Positions 37,702-49,900 of a stretch of 64,000 bases of DNA are shown here, piece after piece. Position 1 is the first letter of the stretch; each line of letters begins with the position of its first letter. The stretch covers positions 1 through 64,000 of the forward strand of contig JAKMXF010000347.1 of NCBI GenBank assembly GCA_024704765.1, read 5' to 3'. The position numbers and the translations under genes were made by a program. Under the pieces are notes generated by a model that had not been told where the DNA came from, did not search any database, and worked only from the letters and a program-made list of their open reading frames with translations. The DNA comes from Oopsacas minuta (taxonomy: Eukaryota > Animalia > Porifera).

Positions 37702-39911
37702 CTAATCCTCCATTGGAACGTTACGGAACAAATAAGACATAGATTCACCGAAATGAATCCTACGAATAGCTTCACTCAACAACAAGCTAACATCCACAAC
37801 TTTAATTTTATCGCACTTGGCTTGATGCTCAAACTGAGGTAGAGTATTAGTGACAATAATTTCGTCTATCAGAGAGGCTTGCAACTTCTCAGGAGAGTTG
37901 GCTGACATAATCCCGTGTGTTCCCACGACAATAACTCTGACGGCTCCTTTCTCACGAAGCAGTGCGGCAGCTGCGACTACAGAGTCCACTTCGTCGAGAT
38001 GGTCATCTATCAGGATAGCGGTCTTACCCTCTACATTACCAATCAGTGTGAGTGGGAGCAGCTGCTTGTCTAGAACGACCCTGCTTGAGAATATTCTCTT
38101 AGGGGGAGAAGCAAACAAAGTAATAGGAGGAGGACTGGAGCGACCGTCTACCATATCATGTGCTTCTGCCATGATGTTTAGATGTCCGTGAATAACTGCA
38201 ATACGAGTACCGAGACGCTCTGCGTAAGAAGAAGCACGCTTGGTGACATTGGGGTTTCTAGCAACAACCACTGACTCAGAAATAATGAGGTTCACCTAAA
38301 AATGAAAGTTTGAGAAATATTCCAAAGACTAATCGCTGATAAATTCATGATTGAAAATAAAAGATATAATAAGGGTCAATTTAAATTATCGTAAATTTAT
38401 AAGCACTTAAGCAAGTTATAATCAAAGAAAAATTATTCCAGAGAAGTTGAAATTAGAATTAGTAAATTTAGTATATGAGTAATAATGAGATATTTCTAAC
38501 ATAGAGAGAGTGTTTTGGATATAAGAAATGTTAGTTCGGTAGATGCTCTGTACCTGTCAGATTTAATTCACCATATAATTATAGTGGTGATTACTGCCTT
38601 ACGCAATCTAATTACGTAATTCAGTATTCACTGAATATGTAACAAAATATCAAATTCAAAAGATTTGGATATATTTACAAAATTAAATATGTAAGAATTA
38701 ATACACTATTTAGTAAAATATCTGATATTTAATATACCTACAGAAGTAAGCATTTATCTAAAAAGTCAACTACGTATCTGTAATGTTCAGATTACGTACG
38801 TGCATGTTACTTAATGTAACTGAAAAGGAATAAACTGAAATACAAACGAGATCTTGTTAATAGATTGTTTAATTAAGAGGGTTTCTAGCTAGCAACCTAT
38901 CTAGTCACGTGAATCATTGGGTAACTGGGGGAATAGGGATGACTAACTAGTAACAGAGGTTGCTGGTTAGAAAACTCTTCGTGTAAATATTAGTGGAATA
39001 AAACTTAGTGTAACAAGTACAAATTTATAGCTTTACTACTTACGTAGTTAGGGCTCACAATCCCGAGATCCCAATCGATTTCACCTTCAGGATTGAATCC
39101 CGGATTTGATTTTTTAATCCCGATCCCGATTTTCAATACAGGGATTCCGACACTAGTAGTAAATTACACAACCGAAGTAAAATAATGCAACATTTTTTCT
39201 TATTTACAGGATTTTAACTATGTCTATTAGAAATATAATAACTCTCGTTATTACCATGTCAGATATAAGAACTCTCCTTATAAAAAGTGATTCTTTACAC
39301 CCTATAAAGGTGAAACTCCGTGAAAGTAATTGATCCTTTTTTCCATGGAATTTGGTCACCAACTGAGTCTATGATATGATATTTTAGCAACAAGAACAGC
39401 ACAGTATTACCTGCTCACTGAGATACTGTATGAGGAAGGGAGAACATCTGAGATTATCTACAGGTACAGAGAAGAACCCTTGCACCTCTCTATCTCTGAG
39501 ATCACTAGTGATGAGGTGAGTAAGTCCTGCCTTACACATCATGCTAGCGACTAGCTTTGCAGGAATAGAGCTCCTCTTCCTCATCTTAGACTGTAGAGCG
39601 TAGTGTAGACAAGGGACTACCCCGATTATACGTCTAGCTCCTGCTGTCTTAGAGGCATAGCAGAGCATCAGTAGCTCCATTAGAGAGTCATTAATGTTAC
39701 CAGAAGCTGTCTGTAAGATGAACACGTCTTTACCATTGAGAGAATGAGGGATATGATCGATCAGAGTTTCTCCAGTATCCTGTATACTTGCTTCTACTAT
39801 AGTGACAGGATGTCCGATACGCTTAGCTATGCGGTTAGATAGCTCTGGATGAGAGGACCCCTCTAGTAAGATGAAAGAGTGAGGACGAGACTCATCAGAG
39901 AAACGTAGCAT
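37702..39911 (-). CDS. PRPSAP: Phosphoribosyl pyrophosphate synthase-associated protein (non-catalytic PAP39/41 type); exons 39911-39411 and 38295-37702, ~364 aa
   Basis: PRPS fold motifs GSSHPELS, DSLMELL, KMRKRSSIPAKLVASMM, VQGFF and THG..S, ending SMSYLFRNVPMED. A phase-0 GT-AG intron gives YLSEQ|VNLII. Catalytic motifs are degenerate (DLRDREVQ, VARNP, IDDHLDE). Confidence 0.9.
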
Positions 39912-40093
39912 CTCTCTTAAGTCCTAACTATTTCACAACTAATAGTATCAGTCAGTAATAGGTAATTATGTTAATTAGGATGGAAAATCGTTAACTGACA
40001 AGTAACCAAGCTCTGTAAGATTTAAATCAGCTGTAGATAATTAATTAATGATCTGAAATAAATCGAATTATTAATACTATCATCATATGAATG

Positions 40094-41512
40094 CTACCTA
40101 ATCTTCCTACTCTTACTAATGTCATCTCTGATACCAGTTAGTTCTCCTGGATAAAGACTAGTGCGGGGTCTGGTACCAGCTACTTGTCCCTTCCTGTTCT
40201 TGAGAGCACGTTTGTATTTCATACGCTGACGTACTCTAGGATTTCTTAGCTCCTTCTTACGTCTTGGAGTAAGGCCCTTATTCTTCTTAATATCATAATT
40301 TATAGGTCTCTTAGTCTCTCCTGTCTCTACAATATTTTCCTCCTCAGTGTTAGTAGTAATATGCTTGTTAGCCTTTTTGAGTTTCTTCCTTTCTTTCCGC
40401 TCCCTCATCATTACGTCATAGAATTCTAATGGAGTCAGAGAGGCATACCTATCCACCTCTGTAGCAGGATTAGGTAAGTTCAGTTCTGTAACTGAGTTTT
40501 TATCAGATACAGTATCAATTAATTCCTGGCTATTTTCTATTGGATTATCTCCGTTGTTTAGTCCTATAGGATTAATATCTGAGCTAATATCTGTATCATT
40601 CAATTTCTGCTGCAGCCATGACTCTAGCTCAGGTTGTAAGTCTTTATTCAGGACAGTCAGCTGGGAGAGGAGAGCTCTAGAAGTCACTAGTCTCTCACAG
40701 ACGGGGTGAGTAGCTACTGCTACACCACTAGCTCTTAGAGACAGATAGAACAGTATGCTACAGCAGTAGGATAGGGATAGGCTAGAGTATGTGTTGAGAT
40801 ATAGCAGTAGGTTACTAGGTGGTTGTGTAATGTTACGAGCTATGGAGAGAGATGGGAGGATGAGAGAGTTGAGTAGAGAGATATGGGATTGGAGGTCTTG
40901 TATCAACTCATTCAATTCAGGAGATTCAGCTAATACTGTGTTATCATCTTTGGTTGTGTCATATGCGGGATCTGGTCTAGAAATAGATAGAGTAGAGAGG
41001 AGATCGTGTGTGAGATAGTCTTTCTCTGTAAGACCAGATGTTAGCCTCTTTTGGAGAGAAAGTGCTTCTCTTTCTTCCTCAAGAGCCAGTTCTGTCTGTT
41101 CTCTCTGTCCTTTCTTCTCATCTCCCACAAAATCTGTGTCATAGAATGTTCTTTTCTTACTGCCCCATCCTACTTCAGCCCCAACACTCTCCTCTGATTG
41201 GTCGGAGAAGTACTCTCTCATCTCTCCGATCTGCTCTTCCGCGTCAGCCTCACTAGAGGACAGGTCTAGAGGGAGGACCTCTTCTCTCTCATGGTACTCC
41301 CCGGAACTTGTCTCCCCCTCAGATGCAGACAGCAGATGATCCTTGAAGTTATCAGCACTTGCTCGCTTCTTTAGATTAGTCGTGCGTGATTGATGATAAC
41401 TGTCAATCTCATCGAGATACTGAGTAGGATCTGTCAGGCCTGGTTCTTCAAGTGGAATGGAGGTAAGTGATGAAACAGCATGAGGTTTCTTGCGAATCCG
41501 ATGCTTCGGCAT
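40094..41512 (-). CDS. UTP3: SAS10/UTP3 small-subunit processome component, intronless
   Basis: Acidic N-terminus, WGSKKRTFYDTD, ESPEL and a C-terminal Sas10 domain (KRPINYDIKKNKGLTPRRKKELRNPRVRQRMKY...YPGELTGIR). The likely start is MPKHRIRK at 41512. Confidence 0.93.
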   Translation of the reverse strand: MPKHRIRKKPHAVSSLTSIPLEEPGLTDPTQYLDEIDSYHQSRTTNLKKRASADNFKDHLLSASEGETSSGEYHEREEVLPLDLSSSEADAEEQIGEMREYFSDQSEESVGAEVGWGSKKRTFYDTDFVGDEKKGQREQTELALEEEREALSLQKRLTSGLTEKDYLTHDLLSTLSISRPDPAYDTTKDDNTVLAESPELNELIQDLQSHISLLNSLILPSLSIARNITQPPSNLLLYLNTYSSLSLSYCCSILFYLSLRASGVAVATHPVCERLVTSRALLSQLTVLNKDLQPELESWLQQKLNDTDISSDINPIGLNNGDNPIENSQELIDTVSDKNSVTELNLPNPATEVDRYASLTPLEFYDVMMRERKERKKLKKANKHITTNTEEENIVETGETKRPINYDIKKNKGLTPRRKKELRNPRVRQRMKYKRALKNRKGQVAGTRPRTSLYPGELTGIRDDISKSRKIR

Positions 41513-42133
41513 ATACGTATATCTAACTGTTAAACCAATTTGGATAAATTCAGACATTTCCGATGATTCAGCGTAACAGCCATTTTCTTAGTGTAGCAAC
41601 AACATGCTTAGTAGTAGAGCCAAGCGACGTGTTCAAAAAATTTCACATCAACACGACACGAACACAAACTCAAAATACGAAACATGAACACAAATACAAA
41701 AATCTCGTTAGAACACGGTTCATGTTCGTGTTGTGATCGCTCAGCTCTAATAGTCAGCCACAATTCTATACACTAAGCAATGGTGGTCACTGAATTTTGG
41801 ACCATGGATTGATTAAATCCCTCAATATTCGCATAGAAAATTCTGTTTGTCGTGATAAAATTAATATGGTATATTTTGACCCGAATAAATGTATTATTGA
41901 TATTTGATAATATACGAATTCTATATCCACAAAGTATTTCCGGGCCGAAATGACGTCATCTGCTTGCTTAGTTACCAATTATATCAAAGAAATGCTCCGA
42001 TATTAAAATGCTATAATGATTAAATTAGTAAATAATCATTTCAGAATTTATACTGGCCAATTTAGCTGTTTCATAATCAAGTTAAAACAAGGTACAAAGC
42101 TTAACTGTGTTCGTATTCGCAAGACTCTACTGT

Positions 42134-42160
42134 ATCTATACTATTAAAACTTAATTAAAT

Positions 42161-42191
<31 letters not shown>
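42134..42191 (+). repeat. Helitron-like 5' end (tctatactattaaaac) followed by (TG)n
   Basis: a|tctatactattaaaacttaatt resembles the 5' ends at 10635 and 58679, and is followed by about 15 TG units. Confidence 0.45.
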
Positions 42192-42195
<4 letters not shown>

Positions 42196-43160
42196 TGCAT
42201 AGATGCCCATAGGATTTCAGTCAGGTCCATATGTTTATACAAAAAGGATGATTCTTACCAAAAGCTAACTCATCATGGGATTATAACGTCATCATGACTA
42301 CAAAACCTTTCAGAATTCTTACTACCCGAGGCACTAAGTGCCTAGATTACTAACCAAAAGCGACATAGCATCTCCAGTGTCACCACAGAAGGCCATTCAA
42401 GTTTAATTTGGATGGATCATGGATAATAAATCTTAAATTTAGCTGTTTAAATAACTTATATATTCTTGCATAGATATGCCACTCTTATTGACTAGATTAA
42501 AATACCTGACATACTAGATATAAACTCCTATCATACAGAGGTTTTTATCTAGTAAACTTGGTTATTACAGGGCATTAGTCGATCGCCAAAATAAATCAAG
42601 AAAATTTTGTGAATATGTGGAATCAGAAGCGTAGCCATGGTGCGGCATATGCGGCACATGCAGCACCTAATTTGCATTCTGACCCCTCAGTGTCTAACGG
42701 TGACGTTGCAAAAATGGGAATTTTTCAAAGTCTCCGTTCGTTACTGAGGTATTAGAATGAGTTGATATAAAAATGACATAAACCTCCTAGGCTAGTAGTG
42801 TTCCAAATAGCATCTCTCTATGTGTGTGAAGTTAGCAGCGTGTTGCAGCAGAAAGTTATGAGCACGACTATACGCATTATATCTCAGTCACCTCTCGGTT
42901 AAGTGTGCTCGAGATGAAATCTCGTATGTATCATTATCTCGTGTGGGGCTTTTCTCATATCCAATAATTAATCTCGATCACACCTACTCTCCTCACAATG
43001 ACGTTGCAAATTTTGTAAAACAAAATCCCCATAGGGAATTTTGTGCACAACTTAACACTTAATATATCAGTCAATTCCCCATCAATTCACATGAAATTTG
43101 TTGAGTACCTCAGCCAAGTGTGGGCTTTTTAATGAGATATGTTAGTGGTTATCTGTATTT

Positions 43161-43427
43161 CTATGTTTGTTTTGTCCCAAAGTACAGTCGAATTTTTAAG
43201 ATCATTTCCCAATAATAATAAGTCTCTTCCTTAGTAGCCAAAACTATAAACAATCCGATGCCCCAGAAAAATCCAGGTAAAAGATGGGGAATTTTGGCCT
43301 TGAAACTGTGTTCAAGTAAATCGCGCCATGCTTCTAGGTGTCGCCAAGGATCATGAAAATTCTTGTTTTTATTGGCTGAAGTAAGCCAGGCTTCAATAAC
43401 TCTTGTCATCATAGTTTGCGTTTTCAT
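43161..43427 (-). CDS. NDUFB3: NADH:ubiquinone oxidoreductase B12 subunit (NDUFB3)-like, 88 aa
   Basis: HDPWRHLEAWRD...PGFFWGIGLFIVLATKEE matches the NDUFB3 signature DPWxRxEAWR...GFxWGxxxF with a single TM helix; the size is appropriate. Confidence 0.65.
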   Translation of the reverse strand: MKTQTMMTRVIEAWLTSANKNKNFHDPWRHLEAWRDLLEHSFKAKIPHLLPGFFWGIGLFIVLATKEETYYYWEMILKIRLYFGTKQT

Positions 43428-44214
43428 GCTGTAGTTTATTTATGTGAAGATTTGTACAAGTTTTTAGTTATATATAATCTATATGTTTATCCCATATGCT
43501 AAAACTCAAAATGATTGTTTGGGGGCCCTACGCCCCTGCCTCACCTATGCCGCACCATCGTGTGACCCTAGCTACGCCTCTGTTAGGGATAATTTTAAAC
43601 TGTCATAAACACTTAAGGATATGGCGAATGTAAACAAATAAAATCCATAATTACCTATTGATCAATTGGAATTTCATGCTCATTATAGTATTGTTTATAA
43701 TTGGGATAATAATCAAGAAAAATTGTAAATACTGTAACATTTTCACTTCGTGATTTAACAAAGGAACTGAGACAACTCTCCAGTTTGCTTGATCTCTAAA
43801 ACAAGTCCTTCAATCGTTGTTCAAGCTAGTTATTTTCCTATAACATAAATGATGGATAATTTGATGGAAATTAGCAAGTGCGCGTAATTATTAGTGATTC
43901 ATAATATGAGTTGCTTATATGTATATCTGAACTCCACTGTACAAATGTGGACTTTATATGATTATATGTAATCTCCTATTTCTTTCCGTTAGCATTGAAG
44001 ACGTAGCTTGTACTTGAGGTATATCAGATAACTTGGTTGAATATGCATCTTAGAACATTTTGGTATATATTAGTAGCGGATCTATCAGTACAGCATGTCA
44101 ATACTCTGTATGAATTTAATGTTTAAAGTTACTTTAAGACAAATGTTTGCAGATAAGTATTTTAATGTATATTATTCTTGAAATTATTATTCAAATAATG
44201 TGAATACGTAGCAC

Positions 44215-44480
44215 TTTAACTGGTCCAGGACCAGTTATGGCCGATTATAACTGCCCCGGCCGACTAGTTATGGCTGACTACAACTGATCCGCTCTTTTCA
44301 TAACTTGTCTGGCCCGCTGTAGCAGCCCCTGTATATACCGGGTAACCGGGTATATTCTGGGCAAACCCAGTTTATACCAGAGTATATTTATTTAAGGACG
44401 AGGTAGAATCTTGGCTGTTACATCGGACCAGTTGTGGTCGTTAAAACTGCTCCGCTCGGACAAGTTCTGGTACCTATAAC
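44215..44480. repeat. Dispersed repeat, inverted copy of 8330-8545
   Basis: See 8330-8545; the palindrome lies at 44218-44236. Confidence 0.6.
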
Positions 44481-46914
44481 CCTTTACAGAATGATCTTCA
44501 GGATCAATATTGGCGCCTACTAAACTATTACTGAGTTATTTATGTATATAAATAATTTCTAAGCCTAATATGTAATAACTGAATCTGGAGGTCTCTCCCG
44601 TAAGGGACTTTCTATACACAATGGTTTAAGTTGTGCACGAAATTCCCTATGGAGATTTTGTTTTACAAAATTTGCAACGTCATTGTGAGGAGAGTAGGTG
44701 TGGTCGAGATTAATTATTGGATATGAGAAAAGCCCCACACGAGATAATGATACATACGAGATTTCATCTCGATTAACCGAGAGATGACTGAGATATAATG
44801 CGTTTAGTTGTGCTCATAACTTGCTGCTGCAGCGCGCTGCTAACTTCACACTCGTCATCTCTCTACGTGTACTGGTTGCATAATTATGACTTGTTTAAGT
44901 GTGCTTGATTTGTTTCGCTGCCAACTTCACACTCATAAATAAACTTACTATGAATGCTTTTACAGCGACCATTGAAATTATCATTATTGTTTTTATATGA
45001 CCACAAAATTAATTCCTTCCAGTTTGATTACATTTTATATGGGTATAATCACCATATACACGTAGTCTTGTTTATTTTAGATAATATTTAGATTTATTGA
45101 GATGAAAATAGATTAGTCAGTCATTTGAAAATGTCACGATGTTCACAATTACTAAGCGTAACTATAGGATGCCAGAATGTCTTGAATATTTATAAATTAA
45201 GTAATTTTACATTCCCCCAAAGTTACTTTTAGGTACGGGCCTGCCCGAAAAATTAGATATAAATACTTGAAATACTCCAACCCCCCTGACATTACGTTCT
45301 GGCTACGACCTGCTCTTCGCTTGCTAGGTCGCTGCGCGACGGGCGGACATATCCTTAAGGCGTAACTCCAGTTAAAAAGAACAAATTTGAACACTTTATT
45401 AGTCCCCTCTTATGCCTTTTCAATGTAAATTAGTTCGGATAAGGAGTACGAATTTTGTCAGGCCCCTAGTGTACTTATTAAGGAGAGTCTACTGTACGTA
45501 TTTAGATTCTATCGTGGATGTGCAATTTAGTATTAGTTTAAATCGTGAGCCACAATCGACAAGATCGTGAGAGCTCGAGAGTTAAGGCCCCTGGAAATCG
45601 TACTTTTTGAGTACATTCCACATCTTCTGTCTTCAGGGGCGTTGATCTCTAATCACTTAATTTTTATTTCCATCTATTCAAATTAAGAATCTCGAGATCC
45701 TGTACTGATTGATGTATGACAATCCTGGACAAATATACATTTTGGCGAAAATCCTGGACAATTGTCACCAAGGAATTATCTATAGGCGTATGATTTTTGA
45801 CGATATTATATTTAGGTGCATACAAATCGAGGATCTTTCCCTATACCATTTGATCTACGCGTATGAAAATTTTTAGAGGTGGAGTGCTAGGAGCGTGCTC
45901 CGAATATCCTGTATAACTCCGTGATGGTCACCCTGAATGAATGAATGCAGTTATTGTAATGCATGATTATGATGATATGGCTTATTAGTTATTAGCATTA
46001 CGTATATAGCATCTCTTGTTTCTCGGTCAGGTGTATATGCTTATAACTAGATTATACAATTTTATGGAATTTATTGTAATAGTAGTGTGAAAAATTTTTC
46101 GAGGAGCATGGCAAATGAAGATTCAGCACTCCAGCAGGGCCGTAAACAAAATCAATAAGGTGCAATCGGCCAAGAAAGTTGACATTATTCAGGTCCCTTG
46201 TAGTAGTAATGTGGAAGCTCCAGTGTTCAGTCACATATAGCACGACGCCACTATAGTGAGGAGTCTGGGCCGCTGCAAGATTACCAGTGGAGTCAGGGGT
46301 AGCCACTAGACAACGAGCTATAATTGCTACCACATTAATTATCTTTCTACTGTCATATAGGGTACCTAGAAACAAATTCTCATAACTGCCTGATACACAT
46401 TTTGTTTGGATTATTTCTGATTGATTGTGCTTTTAGTTTATGAATAAGATGGAGTTACATAGATCAATACAAGATATATCCCGCTGATATTTAGGTGAAA
46501 TAGTATAATATATGAGTGTAAGATGCGAGGGAAGCGAGCCGAAATTTTACATTTTACAATATGTGCCAAGGGGGCATGCCCCGGGGTACGAATTTACCAG
46601 GTGGGGGCAGTAAGGAGTCCCTTTTTAGCCCTGTGTAAGCGGGTTTGAGGACCTTGGTTCCAGAAACACGGGAAATAGGGGATCAATCAAGTGATATAGG
46701 CACTGTTCTATGAAGTCGTTGTCCTGTCACTGGAAAATTGGCCCCCTAGATCATGACACGAATAATGGTCCGAAATTCCATAGAATTTTGGTCATCCGGA
46801 CCAATTTTCCAAGGAAACCAAAATTGCCGTGACAGTCTAATTATTATGTGTATTTTATAGTATCAATATTGATCCAGCAGTAGCTATCTATCGAATCCAA
46901 TATCATTGAAGATT

Positions 46915-49900
46915 ATGTCTAAATATTGCCCGGATATTCAATGTGATTTCTGGGAAGACTTTCCGGATGGACTTCCAGGTAAGAAGTTGAAAAGGTGTCC
47001 TTTTTGTTCAGAAGTATTGATAACAGAAAAACCTGTAATTGACCCCCAACAAGAAGCAGATATATTTGAAGATGCAAAAAGTGAGGAAATTTCTAAATCT
47101 ATTTCTGAACCTGGGGACAGTTTTGTAATTATTGATCAACCACTTTTACATCTACCTACTTCTGCAACACCGTCCGAAACAGAATTGCTAAAAGACAACC
47201 TCTTACAGAATGATAACTCATCTCTCATATCAAAACCCGCGTTAAGTGATGAACCGAACCTTCCAGACAACGAAATTACAGATACTTCTGAGACTGGTGC
47301 ATTTAAACCAATTCAACAATCTGATAATCAAGGTGGGACTGATGCATCTAAACCAATTCCTCAATCTGATAATCAAGGAAAACCTTCAGACATAGAAAGT
47401 GCCGATACTTCTGAGACTGGTGCATCTAAACCAATTCCTCAATCTGATAATCAAGGTGGGACTGATGCATCTAAACCAATTCAACAATCTGATAATCAAG
47501 GTGGGACTGATGCATCTAAACCAATTCTTCAATCTGATAATCAAGGAAAAGCTTCAGACATAGAAAATGCACATACTTCTGAGACTGGTGCATCTAAACC
47601 AATTCAACAATCTGATAATCAAGGTGGGACTGATGCATCTAAACCAATTCTTCAATCTGATAATCAAGGAAGAGCTTCAGACATAGAAAATGCACATACT
47701 TCTGAGACTGGTGCATCTAAGCTAATTCAACAATCTGATAATCAAGGTGGGACTGATGCATCTAAACCAATTCAACAATCTGATAATCAAGGTGGGACTG
47801 ATGCATCTAAACCAATTCTTCAATCTGATAATCAAGGAAGAGCTTCAGACATAGAAAATGCACATACTTCTGAGACTGGTGCATCTAAGCTAATTCAACA
47901 ATCTGATAATCAAGGTGGGACTGATGCATCTAAACCAATTCAACAATCTGATAATCAAGGTGGGACTGATGCATCTAAACCAATTCTTCAATCTGATAAT
48001 CAAGGAAGAGCTTCAGACATAGAAAATGCACATACTTCTGAGACTGGTGCATCTAAGCTAATTCAACAATCTGATAATCAAGGTGGGACTGATGCATCTA
48101 AACCAATTCAACAATCTGATAATCAAGGTGGGACTGATGCATCTAAACCAATTCTTCAATCTGATAATCAAGGAAGAGCTTCAGACATAGAAAATGCACA
48201 TACTTCTGAGACTGGTGCATCTAAACTAATTCAACAATTTGATAATCAAGGTGGGACTGATGCATCTAAACCAATTCTTCAATCTGATAATCAAGGAAGA
48301 GCTTCAGACATAGAAAATGCACATACTTCTGAGACTGGTGCATCTAAGCTAATTCAACAATCTGATAATCAAGGTGGGACTGATGCATCTAAACCAATTC
48401 TTCAATCTGATAATCAAGGAAAAGCTTCAGACATAGAAAATGCACATACTTCTGAGACTGATGCATCTAAACCAATTCAACAATCTGATAATCAAGGTGG
48501 GACTGATGCATCTAAACCAATTCTTCAATCTGATAATCAAGGAAGAGCTTCAGACATAGAAAATGCATATACTTCTGAGACCGGTGATTGTCGACGAATT
48601 CCTCCTTCAGGTGATCAAGGCAAACCTTCTGGGAAAGCTTACATACCGAAAAATGCATCTTCTACAGATAAGTCTCATCCAGAGAAACGAAAAAGGGACA
48701 ATGATAGGGCAAGTGAAATGCCTGAAGAGAATTATGAAGCTCGCAAGAGTAAGAAAGTTGAAGAGAAACAAAAGAAGCAACCTTCTCAACCTGACATTCT
48801 AATCGTAATGAATCCTGATGAGACAGAATATGTCAACATTCAATTCAACACATTAATTCTTAAGGAATACTGGAAGAAAATCGATGCTATTTGTCTCAGA
48901 ATTGGCCATACTTATTTTCATGGTTTTCAGACTTCAATTGTCCGTTTTGCTAAAACCGGTAAGTTTAAAATAAAGAACTATGATATTATCAACATCAGCG
49001 GAAACCTGAAATTTCCAACTAAACTTTTTACAAAAGAATTATACTTCCCATACAAATACTATATTTATTCGAGCGATAAAAATCAGGGCTATGAACACTT
49101 ACATCACAATTATGATTACAATCGTTTTTTTATTTGGAATATTAATCAACAGCCTCTTCAAGCATTTAATAACAATACATATCAACAATTTGACATGATG
49201 ATACTCCCTGAGATTCGCAAAAAAGGAACTTTTTGGGGTTACACGTTACCATGGGGTGAGAAAGATACTCCATTCCGTGATATAACCGATAGAAGACTAG
49301 TGTCACTACAAGCACTTTTACCATCATATTTGGGATGTGGATACTCTCAACCATGTCAAGACTTAGGATATTTTCTTGCCCAATTTACCTGCCTTGTTAA
49401 AACACTCATGTATACTCGTATTCAGCGACTATATGCCAATGTATTTAGATATTGGGATCCTTACGATAATACAATTCCTAAACAATCGGTTATACTTGTT
49501 GAGCTCTGGATTATGACAATTTTTGATAATACTGTCCAATTGGATGCCAAATCCAAAATGTACAGATTCTACCTGGCCTGTTACCTAATACAGCATTACA
49601 AACTGAACAATTATGGTCTAAATATGAAATTATTCAACTTTATTGAAGAATCTATTGAACCTATATTAAGTACTCAAAGTTACATGTTTGACGATTCTAT
49701 TTCTGATCATACCAAATTTGGAATTGAAATTCATACATCAGTAATTGAATTTTTATTTTTAAATTTAATGAAATGCAAATCTCCTGAAATGTTATTGCCA
49801 TTAATCCCAATATACCATGGCATAAGCAATCTACAAGAGCATTCTACTGCATTACATCAGGAACTGAAATATGAGAATAACGAATATTGGGGATTTCCGG

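Larger units (their letters stand above)
42821..44855. mobile_element. ~2-kb segment bounded by ~230-bp near-identical inverted repeats (42824-43055 / 44626-44851), possible MULE-like element
   Basis: The arms are direct reverse complements. The 10-mer catctctcta occurs at both outer flanks (42811-42820 and 44856-44865). Confidence 0.5.

Noticed and set aside
37702-39911. Catalytic PRPS1/2
   Set aside because: The DLHA, SPDxGG and DDMxDT motifs are degenerate, which fits PRPSAP.
42624-43582. cagaagcgtagc...gctacgcctctg terminal pair as a single element carrying NDUFB3
   Set aside because: No TSD (tgtggaat vs ttagggat), and it straddles the longer inverted-repeat arm. These are probably ends of separate copies.
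46052-46375. 107-aa minus-strand ORF upstream of RNF213
   Set aside because: No motif; neither strand gives a convincing exon.
47281-48587. CRISPR-like or satellite array
   Set aside because: There are no unique spacers; the units are in-frame multiples of 3 within a eukaryotic CDS.
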